Shown here piece by piece: positions 1-11,550 of a DNA stretch of 64,000 nt. A model generated the notes under the pieces. The model was not told the DNA's origin. It made no database searches and saw only the letters and a list, made by a program, of their open reading frames with translations. The stretch lies in contig JAUCBJ010001972.1 in NCBI GenBank assembly GCA_032718475.1, positions 43,012 to 107,011 on the forward strand, in the 5' to 3' direction. The stretch is from Nemertoderma westbladi (Eukaryota; Animalia; Xenacoelomorpha). Each line of letters opens with the position of its first letter. Position 1 is the first letter of the stretch. Both the position numbers and the translations under genes were made by a program.

Positions 1-35
1 TTTTTGAAATGTTAGTGGTACCAAAAAATAACATA

Positions 36-3000
36 GTACTTGTACTAACCTTGTACCCTAGTACTTTTTTTTTTTTTTTTTACTTTACAAGCCTCATTTA
101 TTCACAAAGTAATAAAAACCTTCAGAAATACAAACACAATTATAGGCACTATAGTACCCTAGTACTAGTACCTAGTACCTAGTACTTGTACTAACCTTGT
201 ATCCTCTGTAGGAACTTTGTAGGTACTTGTACTAACCTTGTACCCTCTGTAGGAACTTTGTAGGTACTTGTACTAACCTTGTACCCTCTGTAGGAACTTT
301 GTAGGTACTTGTACTAACCTTGTATCCTCTGTAGGAACTTTGTAGGTACTTGTACTAACCTTGTACCCTCTGTAGGAACTTTGTAGGTACTTGTACTAAC
401 CTTGTACCCTCTGTAGGAACTTTGTAGGTACTTGTACTAACCTTGTACCCTCTGTAGGAACTTTGTAGGTACTTGTACTAACCTTGTACCCTCTGTAGGA
501 ACTTTGTAGGTACTTGTACTAACCTTGTACCCTCTGTAGGAACTTTGTAGGTACTTGTACTAACCTTGTACCCTCTGTAGGAACTTTGTAGGTACTTGTA
601 CTAACCTTGTACCCTCTGTAGGAACTTTGTAGGTACTTGTACTAACCTTGTACCCTCTGTAGGAACTTTGTAGGTACTTGTACTAACCTTGTACCCTCTG
701 TAGGAACTTTGTAGGTACTTGTACTAACCTTGTACCCTCTGTAGGAACTTTGTAGGTACTTGTACTAACCTTGTACCCTCTGTAGGAACTTTGTAGGTAC
801 TTGTACTAACCTTGTACCCTCTGTAGGAACTTTGTAGGTACTTGTACTAACCTTGTACCCTCTGTAGGAACTTTGTAGGTACTTGAACTAACCTTGTACC
901 CTCTGTAGGAACTTTGTAGGTACTTGAACTAACCTTGTACCCTAGTACTAGTACCTAGTACCTAGTACTTGTACTAACCTTGTACACTAGTACTAGTACC
1001 TAGTACCTAGTACTTGTACTAACCTTGTACCCTCTGTAGGAACTTTGTAGGTACTTGTACTAACCTTGTACCCTCTGTAGGAACTTTGTAGGTACTTGTA
1101 CTAACCTTGTACCCTCTGTAGGAACTTTGTAGGTACTTGTACTAACCTTGTACCCTTTGTAGGAACTTTGTAGGTACTTGTACTAACCTTGTACCCTCTG
1201 TAGGAACTTTGTAGGTACTTGTACTAACCTTGTACCCTCTGTAGGAACTTTGTAGGTACTTGTACTAACCTTGTACCCTCTGTAGGAACTTTGTAGGTAC
1301 TTGAACTAACCTTGTACCCTCTGTAGGAACTTTGTAGGTACTTGTACTAACCTTGTACCCTCTGTAGGAACTTTGTAGGTACTTGTACTAACCTTGTACC
1401 CTCTGTAGGAACTTTGTAGGTACTTGTACTAACCTTGTACCCTCTGTAGGAACTTTGTAGGTACTTGTACTAACCTTGTACCCTCTGTAGGAACTTTGTA
1501 GGTACTTGAACTAACCTTGTACCCTCTGTAGGAACTTTGTAGGTACTTGAACTAACCTTGTACCCTAGTACTAGTACCTAGTACCTAGTACTTGTACTAA
1601 CCTTGTACCCTCTGTAGGAACTTTGTAGGTACTTGTACTAACCTTGTACCATCTGTAGGAACTTTGTAGGTACTTGTACTAACCTTGTACCCTAGTACTA
1701 GTACCTAGTACCTAGTACTTGTACTAACCTTGTACCCTCTGTAGGAACTTTGTAGGTACTTGTACTAACCTTGTACCCTCTGTAGGAACTTTGTAGGTAC
1801 TTGTACTAACCTTGTACCCTAGTACTAGTACCTAGTACCTAGTACTTGTACTAACCTTGTACCCTCTGTAGGAACTTTGTAGGTACTTGTACTAACCTTG
1901 TACCATCTGTAGGAACTTTGTAGGTACTTGTACTAACCTTGTACCCTAGTACTAGTACCTAGTACCTAGTACTTGTACTAACCTTGTACCCTCTGTAGGA
2001 ACTTTGTAGGTACTTGTACTAACCTTGTACCATCTGTAGGAACTTTGTAGGTACTTGTACTAACCTTGTACCCTAGTACTAGTACCTAGTACCTAGTACT
2101 TGTACTAACCTTGTACCCTCTGTAGGAACTTTGTAGGTACTTGTACTAACCTTGTACCATCTGTAGGAACTTTGTAGGTACTTGTACTAACCTTGTACCC
2201 TAGTACTAGTACCTAGTACCTAGTACTTGTACTAACCTTGTACCCTCTGTAGGAACTTTGTAGGTACTTGTACTAACCTTGTACCCTAGTACTAGTACCT
2301 AGTACCTAGTACTTGTACTAACCTTGTACCCTCTGTAGGAACTTTGTAGGTACTTGTACTAACCTTGTACCATCTGTAGGAACTTTGTAGGTACTTGTAC
2401 TAACCTTGTACCCTAGTACTAGTACCTAGTACCTAGTACTTGTACTAACCTTGTACCCTCTGTAGGAACTTTGTAGGTACTTGTACTAACCTTGTACCAT
2501 CTGTAGGAACTTTGTAGGTACTTGTACTAACCTTGTACCCTAGTACTAGTACCTAGTACCTAGTACTTGTACTAACCTTGTACCCTCTGTAGGAACTTTG
2601 TAGGTACTTGTACTAACCTTGTACCATCTGTAGGAACTTTGTAGGTACTTGTACTAACCTTGTACCCTAGTACTAGTACCTAGTACCTAGTACTTGTACT
2701 AACCTTGTACCCTCTGTAGGAACTTTGTAGGTACTTGTACTAACCTTGTACCCTAGTACTAGTACCTAGTACCTAGTACTTGTACTAACCTTGTACCCTC
2801 TGTAGGAACTTTGTAGGTACTTGTACTAACCTTGTACCATCTGTAGGAACTTTGTAGGTACTTGTACTAACCTTGTACCCTAGTACTAGTACCTAGTACC
2901 TAGTACTTGTACTAACCTTGTACCCTCTGTAGGAACTTTGTAGGTACTTGTACTAACCTTGTACCCTCTGTAGGAACTTTGTAGGTACTTGTACTAACCT

Positions 3001-4170
3001 TGTACCCTCTGTAGGAACTTTGTAGGTACTTGTACTAACCTTGTACCATCTGTAGGAACTTTGTAGGTACTTGTACTAACCTTGTACCCTCTGTAGGAAC
3101 TTTGTAGGTACTTGTACTAACCTTGTACCCTCTGTAGGAACTTTGTAGGTACTTGTACTAACCTTGTACCCTCTGTAGGAACTTTGTAGGTACTTGTACT
3201 AACCTTGTACCCTCTGTAGGAACTTTGTAGGTACTTGTACTAACCTTGTACCCTCTGTAGGAACTTTGTAGGTACTTGTACTAACCTTGTACCCTCTGTA
3301 GGAACTTTGTAGGTACTTGTACTAACCTTGTACCCTCTGTAGGAACTTTGTAGGTACTTGTACTAACCTTGTACCCTCTGTAGGAACTTTGTAGGTACTT
3401 GTACTAACCTTGTACCCTCTGTAGGAACTTTGTAGGTACTTGTACTAACCTTGTACCCTCTGTAGGAACTTTGTAGGTACTTGTACTAACCTTGTACCCT
3501 CTGTAGGAACTTTGTAGGTACTTGAACTAACCTTGTACCCTTTGTAGGAACTTTGTAGGTACTTGTACTAACCTTGTACCCTCTGTAGGTACTTTGTAGG
3601 TACTTGTACTAACCTTGTACCCTCTGTAGGAACTTTGTAGGTACTTGTACTAACCTTGTACCCTCTGTAGGAACTTTGTAGGTACTTGTACTAACCTTGT
3701 ACCCTCTGTAGGAACTTTGTAGGTACTTGTACTAACCTTGTACCCTCTGTAGGAACTTTGTAGGTACTTGTACTAACCTTGTACCCTCTGTAGGAACTTT
3801 GTAGGTACTTGTACTAACCTTGTACCCTCTGTAGGAACTTTGTAGGTACTTGTACTAACCTTGTACCCTCTGTAGGAACTTTGTAGGTACTTGTACCAAC
3901 CTTGTACCCTCTGTAGGAACTTTGTAGGTACTTGTACTAACCTTGTACCCTCTGTAGGAACTTTGTAGGTACTTGTACTGACCTTGTACCCTCTGTAGGA
4001 ACTTTGTAGGTACTTGTACTAACCTTGTACCCTCTGTAGGAACTTTGTAGGTACTTGTACTAACCTTGTACCCTCTGTAGGAACTTTGTAGGTACTTGTA
4101 CTAACCTTGTACCCTCTGTAGGAACTTTGTAGGTACTTGTACTAACCTTGTACCCTCTGTAGGAACTTTG
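36..4170. repeat. Satellite A: 41-bp monomer with a 45-bp variant, roughly 100 copies; amplified exon end plus GTTAGT donor on the minus strand
   Basis: Monomer ACTTGTACTAACCTTGTACCCTCTGTAGGAACTTTGTAGGT (period 41, e.g. 184 to 225); variant ACTTGTACTAACCTTGTACCCTAGTACTAGTACCTAGTACCTAGT (45 bp). The right end runs into the 4147-4227 exon. Confidence 0.97.
66..153 (-). mobile_element. Short poly(A)-tailed retroposed insertion (extreme 3' end of a LINE, SINE or mRNA) with 13-bp TSD
   Basis: Poly-T at 65-81; TTTATT at 97-102 (AATAAA on the minus strand, 15 nt before the tail); GTACCCTAGTACT duplicated at 53-65 and 154-166. Confidence 0.8.
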
Positions 4171-4227
4171 AATTTTTACCACAGAAACAACTACTGTTGG
4201 GTCTTCGTAATCAAAAATGGGTTGTTT
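4147..4227 (-). CDS. Internal exon of a multi-IQ-motif (calmodulin-binding) host gene: KQPIFDYEDPTVVVSVVKIQSSYRGYK
   Basis: Acceptor atttttag, donor AAG|gttagt, 81 nt, phase 0-0, no stops; matches IQxxxRGY preceded by a D-x-x-D-P segment as in neuromodulin/PEP-19/Sp17-type IQ motifs. Confidence 0.85.
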
Positions 4228-4614
4228 CTAAAAATATAATTAAATTAATGAAATAAGATTAATTTAAAAAACAAAACGTGGTACTCATAAACAAAAAATA
4301 GTTTCATTATTGAATAATGAGCGACTTCGTAGTCTAAATGAAACAACATGATGCCATGAACAACAACTTAATAAATAAAATTAATAAATAAATATAAATA
4401 TATATAACTATTATATTTTATAAAATATATAAAATTTATACTATATAAAATTTATAAATATATAATAAATAAATAAATATTTGCTTGGGAAATATTGTAT
4501 TGCATATTTGCCTATTTGCCTTTTGCCATATTAAATCCTCAAATATTAAAAAAAATACTTAATTGTAATTAATTATATAAAACTTTAGATTTAGATTTAG
4601 TCTAGTTCACATTA

Positions 4615-4740
4615 GGGGCCGTGCACTAATGATGTCACGATTTTTTGACGATTTTCGACACCCTTCCCCATCTGTCACAATCTGTCACGAGTTTTGTAAC
4701 CCCCCCCCCCCCCCCCCCCACCTCCTTGAACGTCACTTCA
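4615..4740. mobile_element. Possible isolated terminus of a non-autonomous DNA transposon
   Basis: TTA followed by GGGGCCGTGCACTAATGATGTCACG, repeated GTCAC motifs and a poly-C tract; abrupt GC rise in AT-rich DNA. No matching second TIR found. Confidence 0.3.
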
Positions 4741-5075
4741 TAAAAAAATACCCAGTCCACGAAGCTAAGGAAAATCAACTACTTTCGCTAAGAAAGATTT
4801 TCCTTAGCTGAGATGGTGTATTCATAGTGGGCCCTTTTACTTGTGTGAGGCAGATTTGTTTTTTTTGACCGCGGAAAAATAACCTTTAAAAGTACCCTGA
4901 AATTTTACTACTCGTCGAGGCGCATCGTGTGGGATGGGTCTCATATCCAGGAAAAATCTGTCAATATTTATAACTCTATTTGTAGGAAAACTATAATAGA
5001 TATAAACTTGGGGTTTCTCAACTCAACTATAAGTGCGAATAACTACAATTGAGGTTAAATAGAAAATCCAGTTAC

Positions 5076-5088
5076 CTTGGCAACCAGT
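5076..5088 (-). CDS. Candidate 13-nt micro-exon of the IQ gene (x-LVAK)
   Basis: Minus strand ctatttag|ACTGGTTGCCAAG|gtaact; good acceptor and donor, can end in phase 0 to join the 4227 exon. Too short to be secure. Confidence 0.35.
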
Positions 5089-5233
5089 CTAAATAGGTGT
5101 TCAAATTTATAAAATGATAATGATATTTAAATTTTGTAGACAAAATATTGTTCAAAATATCTAAAACAAAACATATTTGTTCTCGATCATAAATATATAT
5201 ATTTTACTATATTGGAAATATGTTCTAGAACCT

Positions 5234-6080
5234 ATCCTATGTACAGGTATAAGGATCATAATGGTACTGGTACTACAGACAGTATTTACTATAGTTTTTG
5301 ATACAACGTACAGGTATAAGGATCATAATGGTACTGGTACTACAGACAGTATTTACTATAGTTTTTGATACAACGTACAGGTATAAGGTTCATAATGGTA
5401 CTGGTACTACAGACAGTATTTACTATAGTTTTTGATCCTATGTACAGGTAGGTATAAGGATCATAATGGTACTGGTACTACAGACAGTATTTACTATAGT
5501 TTTTGATCCTATGTACAGGTATAAGGATCATAATGGTACTGGTACTACAGACAGTATTTACTATAGTTTTTGATACAACGTACAGGTATAAGGATCATAA
5601 TGGTACTGGTACTACAGACAGTATTTACTATAGTTTTTGATACAACGTACAGGTATAAGGTTCATAATGGTACTGGTACTACAGACAGTATTTACTATAG
5701 TTTTTGATCCTATGTACAGGTAGGTATAAGGATCATAATGGTACTGGTACTACAGACAGTATTTACTATAGTTTTTAATCCGATGTACAGGTATAAGGAT
5801 CATAATGGTACTGGTACTACAGACAGTATTTACTATAGTTTTTGATACAACGTACAGGTATAAGGATCATAATGGTACTGGTACTACAGACAGTATTTAC
5901 TATAGTTTTTAATCCTATGTACAGGTATAAGGATCATAATGGTACTGGTACTACAGACAGTATTTACTATAGTTTTTGATCCTACGTGCAGGTATAAGGA
6001 TCATACTGGTACTGGTACTACAGACAGTATTTACTATAGTTTTTGATCCTACGTACAGGTATAAGGATCATAATGGTACT
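5234..6080. repeat. Satellite B (67-bp monomer), left segment
   Basis: Monomer GATCCTATGTACAGGTATAAGGATCATAATGGTACTGGTACTACAGACAGTATTTACTATAGTTTTT; interrupted after ...TAATGGTACT by RTE copy 1. Confidence 0.97.
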
Positions 6081-6117
6081 ACTACTAGGATCGGCATGCT
6101 GCATTGCAGCTGCATTT

Positions 6118-6467
6118 TTAAGAATGCTGTGCCGGCTTGTCGACAAAATTGCGCCACCACAACTCCCTATCACCCATGACATTTGCTAGATCATCCGCAT
6201 CTTTAAGGCCAGTGTCCTTTAAGATGCGTCTCAAGAAAGTCATGGGCTGTCCACCATGCTTATTCACTCCATGAGGCTGCCAAAGTACAAGATTATGCAC
6301 TGGCTGGTCCTCACGGCGAAAGCAATGTCCTGCAAAGCGGAGGCGATTTTGTTCTAGTGTCAAGCTTGGGGGAACCAATGAGACACCTCCAATGTTATAT
6401 AGTGTCTGGTTGGAGATGTGTGCATTGTACTTGACACAATGTACCCGGCGTAGCATTCTTGTGAATG
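6118..6467 (-). CDS. RTE ORF C-terminal fragment (downstream of the Gypsy insertion)
   Basis: FTRMLRRVHC...RLRFAGHC...DRELW; near-identical to the uninterrupted copies at 30.2, 40.3 and 61.4 kb. Confidence 0.92.
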
Positions 6468-6918
6468 TGTAGTGCATGCCGAATAGTCAAGGAAGCTTAG
6501 AAATAATTTAATCACAAAATCAAATTTAGTATTTTCATAAAATTGTTAGTCGAGACATTTTACCTATCTTTCTACAAAGCAAAACACCTTATTTATTTAC
6601 TTAAGATACAGCATGTTGATTTCATGTGCAAAACAGATGTAGTCTCAATAATAGCCCTGATACAGTAGATGTCAATTAAACAGATATTTATCAGAGTGAC
6701 ATCTCACATGTCTGCTGCAAGAAACCACTAACACTAGCTTGCTTAAATACTGCATGTAACTTTCATTAGAGAGGGAGAGAAAGAGAAATAGAATAGATTT
6801 AATTACCGGTAAAGTTATATTTGGAGACCGTAATTATTAGTTGAAAGTTAGACATTAAAAACCAGAACCAAAACTATATTATTTTCATCATAACAAAGAC
6901 AACGTCCAAACCTTTACA
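6468..6918 (+). repeat. 5' LTR
   Basis: TGTAGTGCATG...CCTTTACA, direct repeat of 11100-11550; I see only one G/A difference, in the GA tract. Confidence 0.96.
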
Positions 6919-6919
6919 T

Positions 6920-6931
6920 TGGTGACCCGGA
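6920..6931 (+). promoter_or_regulatory. Primer-binding site, probably tRNA-Trp
   Basis: TGGTGACCC 1 nt after the LTR, complementary to the ...GGGUCACCA 3' end of eukaryotic tRNA-Trp, the primer typical of the CsRn1 clade. Confidence 0.75.
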
Positions 6932-7019
6932 TCTTGGACCTTATTACTACTACCTTCAACTCCAGATGGGAAAAACTCTCTCGAAACTCAGTTACTGATT
7001 AACTCTTATCGAATACATC

Positions 7020-7877
7020 ATGGATGGTGACGGCGAAAATGTTGGTAACGCTGTAAACGTCGCTCGCGTTTCCGTTAAACCCCCGGTGTTCTTCCGTTCT
7101 AACCCCAGCGTTTGGTTTAGAATGTTGGAATCCCACTTTACATTAGCCAACATTACAAGCGAGGTAACCAAATTTCACCACGTTATGGCGAATTTGCCAG
7201 AAGACGTCGCTTTAAACATTTCCACGGACATTCAATCATATGACGATATTAAATCTACCATTCTCCAACTCTATCAGAAATCGAAAACTGAATTATTGGA
7301 GGAAGCCCTTGGACAGGTAACTTTAGACGGCCAAAAGCCCTCCTTAGTGTATCTGCGTATAAAAAGAAAATTACGAGAATGTAACTTAACGGCGGATGAC
7401 GACCTAGTTCGGCACAAACTCTTACAAGCACTTCCAGTATCGGTGCGTTCTGCTTTGATTGCTCATCAGGGTCTACCACCCGAAGATTTCGCAACACTAG
7501 CGGACACCATCCTCCAATTTACAAGTGGAATCCCTCAACCAAGTACTTCATATGATGTCGCCAGAGTTCAACACCCAAACTATGTTAATACCAGTGGTGA
7601 TGTTTACAGAGGTGTTAGCAACACTTACAGAGCAAGAGCACCCTACCCTGTCACTTCTACCTCAAAAGTCGGAGCTATATTCCCGTTCAGCGAAGGGCAA
7701 CGTCCAAAAACCTGCCGATACCATGTATATTATGGAACAAAAGCGAATACATGCACGCCATGGTGTCTTTGGCCGGGAGAAAATCCGCGTCGAATGCAAC
7801 CATCTTCCCGACCAAACTCACGCCCTGCATCGTGCTCGACATCTCCTTCCCCTGATACCCAGGGGCAGGAAAACTAA
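7020..7877 (+). CDS. gag: Gag
   Basis: 285 aa; KPPVFFRSNPSVWF N-terminus and CRYHVYYGTKANTCTPWC (CHCC) knuckle. Confidence 0.93.
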   Translation: MDGDGENVGNAVNVARVSVKPPVFFRSNPSVWFRMLESHFTLANITSEVTKFHHVMANLPEDVALNISTDIQSYDDIKSTILQLYQKSKTELLEEALGQVTLDGQKPSLVYLRIKRKLRECNLTADDDLVRHKLLQALPVSVRSALIAHQGLPPEDFATLADTILQFTSGIPQPSTSYDVARVQHPNYVNTSGDVYRGVSNTYRARAPYPVTSTSKVGAIFPFSEGQRPKTCRYHVYYGTKANTCTPWCLWPGENPRRMQPSSRPNSRPASCSTSPSPDTQGQEN

Positions 7878-10800
7878 CTGCCCTCAGAACATTTGCTGCT
7901 AGTTCTGAGGGAGCTGCCGTTTTCAAATTAACCGCAGCAATAAACCATATAAACAACAGCCACCAATCCTTATCTTTTCTTATAGACACCGGCTCACAAG
8001 TATCCATACTAAAACCTTCCTCGTTTATTAGAAGCTTACTATGGGACAATACTGATGCAAAACTCACAGCAATTTCAGGCAATAACATACATGTCCATGG
8101 AAAAGTTCATGTCCGAATTAATTTCCTCCGACGAGAATTTCCGTGGATATTTTATGTTGCCGACGTTGAAGAAAACATTTTGGGATTGGATTTCTTATCA
8201 AATTATGACATGCTATTGGACTGCAAAAATAAACTAATCGTGGATAATTATACAAAACTGAAATGCAATCTCAATCCAACAACATCGAAAAGTCTATCTA
8301 TATTCAAAGTGGAAATCGACCACCCTGATTCAACATTATCCAGTCTTTTCAAAGAACATTCTAAGTTATTTGATTATGATATTATTCATACTGACACACC
8401 TCCACACAATACTGTGCATCGAATTATCACCAACCAATGCCAACCCACATACGCAAAGCCACGTCAACTTAGTGGGACCAAACTAATAATTGCTCAACAA
8501 GTTTTCGCGGATATGCGTTCTCGTGGTATAATACGCCCTTCAAGTAGTCCCTGGGCGTCACCATTACATATGGTACCAAAGGTGGGGAGTACTGATAATT
8601 GGCGTCCATGTGGAGACTATAGAGCTTTGAACCGCATTACACAAAGTGATAAATATCCGCTGCCGAACATACAGCATTTTAATAGCAAACTGAAAGGTTC
8701 GACAGTTTTCAGCTCCATTGATCTCGTTAAAGCATACCATCAAATTCCTGTGGCAGAGGAAGATATTCCAAAGACAGCTATTACAACCCCTTTTGGTCTC
8801 TTTGAATTTTTGCGGATGCCCTATGGTCTTAAAAACGCCGCACAAACTTTTCAAAGGGATATACATGAAGTACTCGGAGATTTGGAATTTGTATTTCCTT
8901 TTCTCGATGATATTATGATACACTCTAAGGATATATCAACTCATTACATTCACCTAAGAAAGGTATTTGAACGTTTAACTCAGCACAACCTGCAAATAAA
9001 CTTTGCCAAGTGCCAATGGGTACAACCATCAATCTTATTTCTTGGATTCTTAGTGACGACCGACGGTATTTTACCTCCACCTGAACGAGTTAAATCCCTT
9101 GTCGATATGCCAGAACCACGTAGCTATACTGAGTTACGACGGGTTCTGGGAATGTTTGGATTCTATAGACGACATATACCTTATTTCAGTCAGATTGTAG
9201 CACCCCTTCAATCTCTCTTAAACAAAACTCAACCACTGAAACGTAAACAACCACAACGAAACTTCAATGAAGGTGAATGGACATCGGAACACAAAGAAAC
9301 TTTCCAGAAGTTGAAAAACTCGTTATCTAACGCAGTTTTATTATATCATCCTTCATCAGAGGATTGTAAGCTGATTCTAACCACTGATGCTTCAAAGGAC
9401 GCTATCGCAGCTTCACTTCACGAAGTAATATCAGAAGAAGAATCAGTCCCCATTGCATTTTACTCTCGACGATTAACACCAAATGAAACCTCATGGTCAA
9501 CCTTTGATCGAGAATTACTTGCGGCATATCAAGCTACAGTGCACTTCCGCAGTAACTTAGAAGGCCGACAGGTTACTATATTCACAGACCACAAACCACT
9601 TACGTCTGCATTCAACAAACCATCGAGCATTTCTCCTAGACAAAACCGCCAGCTTTCATTCCTTTCTGAATACATTGACTCCATTGAATACATTGCAGGA
9701 GAAAGTAACTTAGTCGCTGATACTTTATCACGTCAAATCGCTTCAATTAGTATTGATTCTTTTGGATTGGAAGATATTGCCTCTCAACAGTCAGCCAATT
9801 TAATCCTTCCTGAAGAGCATTCGCTAAATATTAAAACATTTCCATTAGCAAATGGTAAAGTTATTAAGTGCGACGTAACTACTGCATACCCTCGACCCAT
9901 CCTACCGGATTCATGTAGACGAACAGTATTTAACGAACTACACAACATGTCACATCCAGGAATTAAATCGACCATACGTATAATAACTGATCGTTATATT
10001 TGGCCAAATGCTAAACGCGACATAGTGGAATGGTGTAAATTGTGCACATCTTGTCAAGCAAGTAAAGTAATACAACACACAAAAACACCCCTAACACCAT
10101 TTCCTTTGGCACCACGTTTTACACATATCCATTCAGATATCATTGGTCCACTAGACATGGGTGAGCACCAATATCGACACGTAGTAACGTTCATAGATCG
10201 ACACACTGGGTGGGTAGAAGCAGAGCCAGTTACGTCAATCACAGCTGTTGCCACAGCGACTGCATTTATAAAAGTCTGGTTTTCTCGATTTGGAGTGCCC
10301 CTTTACCTCACAACAGATCGCGGTGGTCAATTTGAATCTGAATTACTAGCTGAACTCTCTAAGCTGATTGGTTTCCACCGTATGCGTACCACATCTTACC
10401 ACCCCCAGAGTAACGGAAAAATAGAACGATTCCATAAAGTTTTAAAGGCTGCACTCAAAGCACGGAAATCAGATTGGTTAGAGTCCTTACCAATAGTTAT
10501 TTTCAGTCACAGAATAACGCCATCTAGCGTTACTAATGTATCTCCATTTGAATTGGTAACAGGAACACAGCCGTTGTTGCCAGCTTGTTTACTAACTACT
10601 AAAGATACAACTTTTAATTATGACTTTGTAAAGACACTTCACAAGCATATAACGGAAATAGGATTTACTGTAGACAGTAAAGCTCCTGATTACCAAGAGA
10701 GCAACCCAAAGTTGAAAACATACTTACCACCACAATTAAAGACTTGTGACAAAGTTTTCGTTAGAATCGATCGGGTCCGCAAACCATTAGAAGCGCCTTA

Positions 10801-11059
10801 CCAAGGACCATTTACAGTTCTCAGCAGAACGGATAAACATTTTGGTATCGAAACTCTTAGAGGAGAACAACGAATATCAATCGACCGCTTAAAGCCTTGT
10901 TATACCGGTAACGTTAATAAGAAACCCCCTCCAACCAAGAAACTAAAACCTCATAAGATATTACATAGTAACACTAACAAAGAAAATATCTCACAATCTC
11001 AACCGCGAAACATCATTACTACTAGAAGCGGAAAGCGAGTACATTTCTTTGACTCTTAG
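7856..11059 (+). CDS. pol: Pol (protease, RT, RNase H, integrase) in the -1 frame relative to gag
   Basis: Frame open from after TGA 7853-7855; LIDTGS protease at about 7979, ILGLDFL, RT core FLDD, TDAS, HHCC, D-D-E (HSDII/TDRG/IERF), GPF motif. Confidence 0.95.
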   Translation, partial: YPGAGKLTALRTFAASSEGAAVFKLTAAINHINNSHQSLSFLIDTGSQVSILKPSSFIRSLLWDNTDAKLTAISGNNIHVHGKVHVRINFLRREFPWIFYVADVEENILGLDFLSNYDMLLDCKNKLIVDNYTKLKCNLNPTTSKSLSIFKVEIDHPDSTLSSLFKEHSKLFDYDIIHTDTPPHNTVHRIITNQCQPTYAKPRQLSGTKLIIAQQVFADMRSRGIIRPSSSPWASPLHMVPKVGSTDNWRPCGDYRALNRITQSDKYPLPNIQHFNSKLKGSTVFSSIDLVKAYHQIPVAEEDIPKTAITTPFGLFEFLRMPYGLKNAAQTFQRDIHEVLGDLEFVFPFLDDIMIHSKDISTHYIHLRKVFERLTQHNLQINFAKCQWVQPSILFLGFLVTTDGILPPPERVKSLVDMPEPRSYTELRRVLGMFGFYRRHIPYFSQIVAPLQSLLNKTQPLKRKQPQRNFNEGEWTSEHKETFQKLKNSLSNAVLLYHPSSEDCKLILTTDASKDAIAASLHEVISEEESVPIAFYSRRLTPNETSWSTFDRELLAAYQATVHFRSNLEGRQVTIFTDHKPLTSAFNKPSSISPRQNRQLSFLSEYIDSIEYIAGESNLVADTLSRQIASISIDSFGLEDIASQQSANLILPEEHSLNIKTFPLANGKVIKCDVTTAYPRPILPDSCRRTVFNELHNMSHPGIKSTIRIITDRYIWPNAKRDIVEWCKLCTSCQASKVIQHTKTPLTPFPLAPRFTHIHSDIIGPLDMGEHQYRHVVTFIDRHTGWVEAEPVTSITAVATATAFIKVWFSRFGVPLYLTTDRGGQFESELLAELSKLIGFHRMRTTSYHPQSNGKIERFHKVLKAALKARKSDWLESLPIVIFSHRITPSSVTNVSPFELVTGTQPLLPACLLTTKDTTFNYDFVKTLHKHITEIGFTVDSKAPDYQESNPKLKTYLPPQLKTCDKVFVRIDRVRKPLEAPYQGPFTVLSRTDKHFGIETLRGEQRISIDRLKPCYTGNVNKKPPPTKKLKPHKILHSNTNKENISQSQPRNIITTRSGKRVHFFDS
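7868..7940 (+). promoter_or_regulatory. -1 ribosomal frameshift signal with H-type pseudoknot
   Basis: G GAA AAC at 7868-7874, 6-nt spacer, stem CCCTCAGAAC (7881-7890) / GTTCTGAGGG (7902-7911), loop TTGCTGC complementary to GCAGCAA (7934-7940). Confidence 0.8.
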
Positions 11060-11086
11060 TTTTAGTTATTCTTATTCCATAACTTA

Positions 11087-11097
11087 ATGGGGGGAGA
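11087..11097 (+). promoter_or_regulatory. Polypurine tract
   Basis: GGGGGGAGA 2 nt upstream of the 3' LTR. Confidence 0.85.
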
Positions 11098-11099
11098 TG

Positions 11100-11550
11100 T
11101 GTAGTGCATGCCGAATAGTCAAGGAAGCTTAGAAATAATTTAATCACAAAATCAAATTTAGTATTTTCATAAAATTGTTAGTCGAGACATTTTACCTATC
11201 TTTCTACAAAGCAAAACACCTTATTTATTTACTTAAGATACAGCATGTTGATTTCATGTGCAAAACAGATGTAGTCTCAATAATAGCCCTGATACAGTAG
11301 ATGTCAATTAAACAGATATTTATCAGAGTGACATCTCACATGTCTGCTGCAAGAAACCACTAACACTAGCTTGCTTAAATACTGCATGTAACTTTCATTA
11401 GAGAGAGAGAGAAAGAGAAATAGAATAGATTTAATTACCGGTAAAGTTATATTTGGAGACCGTAATTATTAGTTGAAAGTTAGACATTAAAAACCAGAAC
11501 CAAAACTATATTATTTTCATCATAACAAAGACAACGTCCAAACCTTTACA
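11100..11550 (+). repeat. 3' LTR
   Basis: Direct repeat of 6468-6918, followed by TSD AATG. Confidence 0.96.

Larger units (their letters stand above)
6468..11550 (+). mobile_element. Intact Ty3/Gypsy LTR retrotransposon, CsRn1/Kabuki-like lineage
   Basis: 451-bp TG...CA LTRs, 4-bp TSD AATG (6464-6467 and 11551-11554), PBS TGGTGACCC, PPT, gag with C-X2-H-X9-C-X3-C, pol order PR-RT-RH-INT. Confidence 0.96.

Noticed and set aside
36-4170. Telomeric or centromeric identity of the arrays
   Set aside because: The arrays are bounded by unique sequence and exons, and two derive from local exon junctions; nothing in the sequence shows a chromosome-level function.
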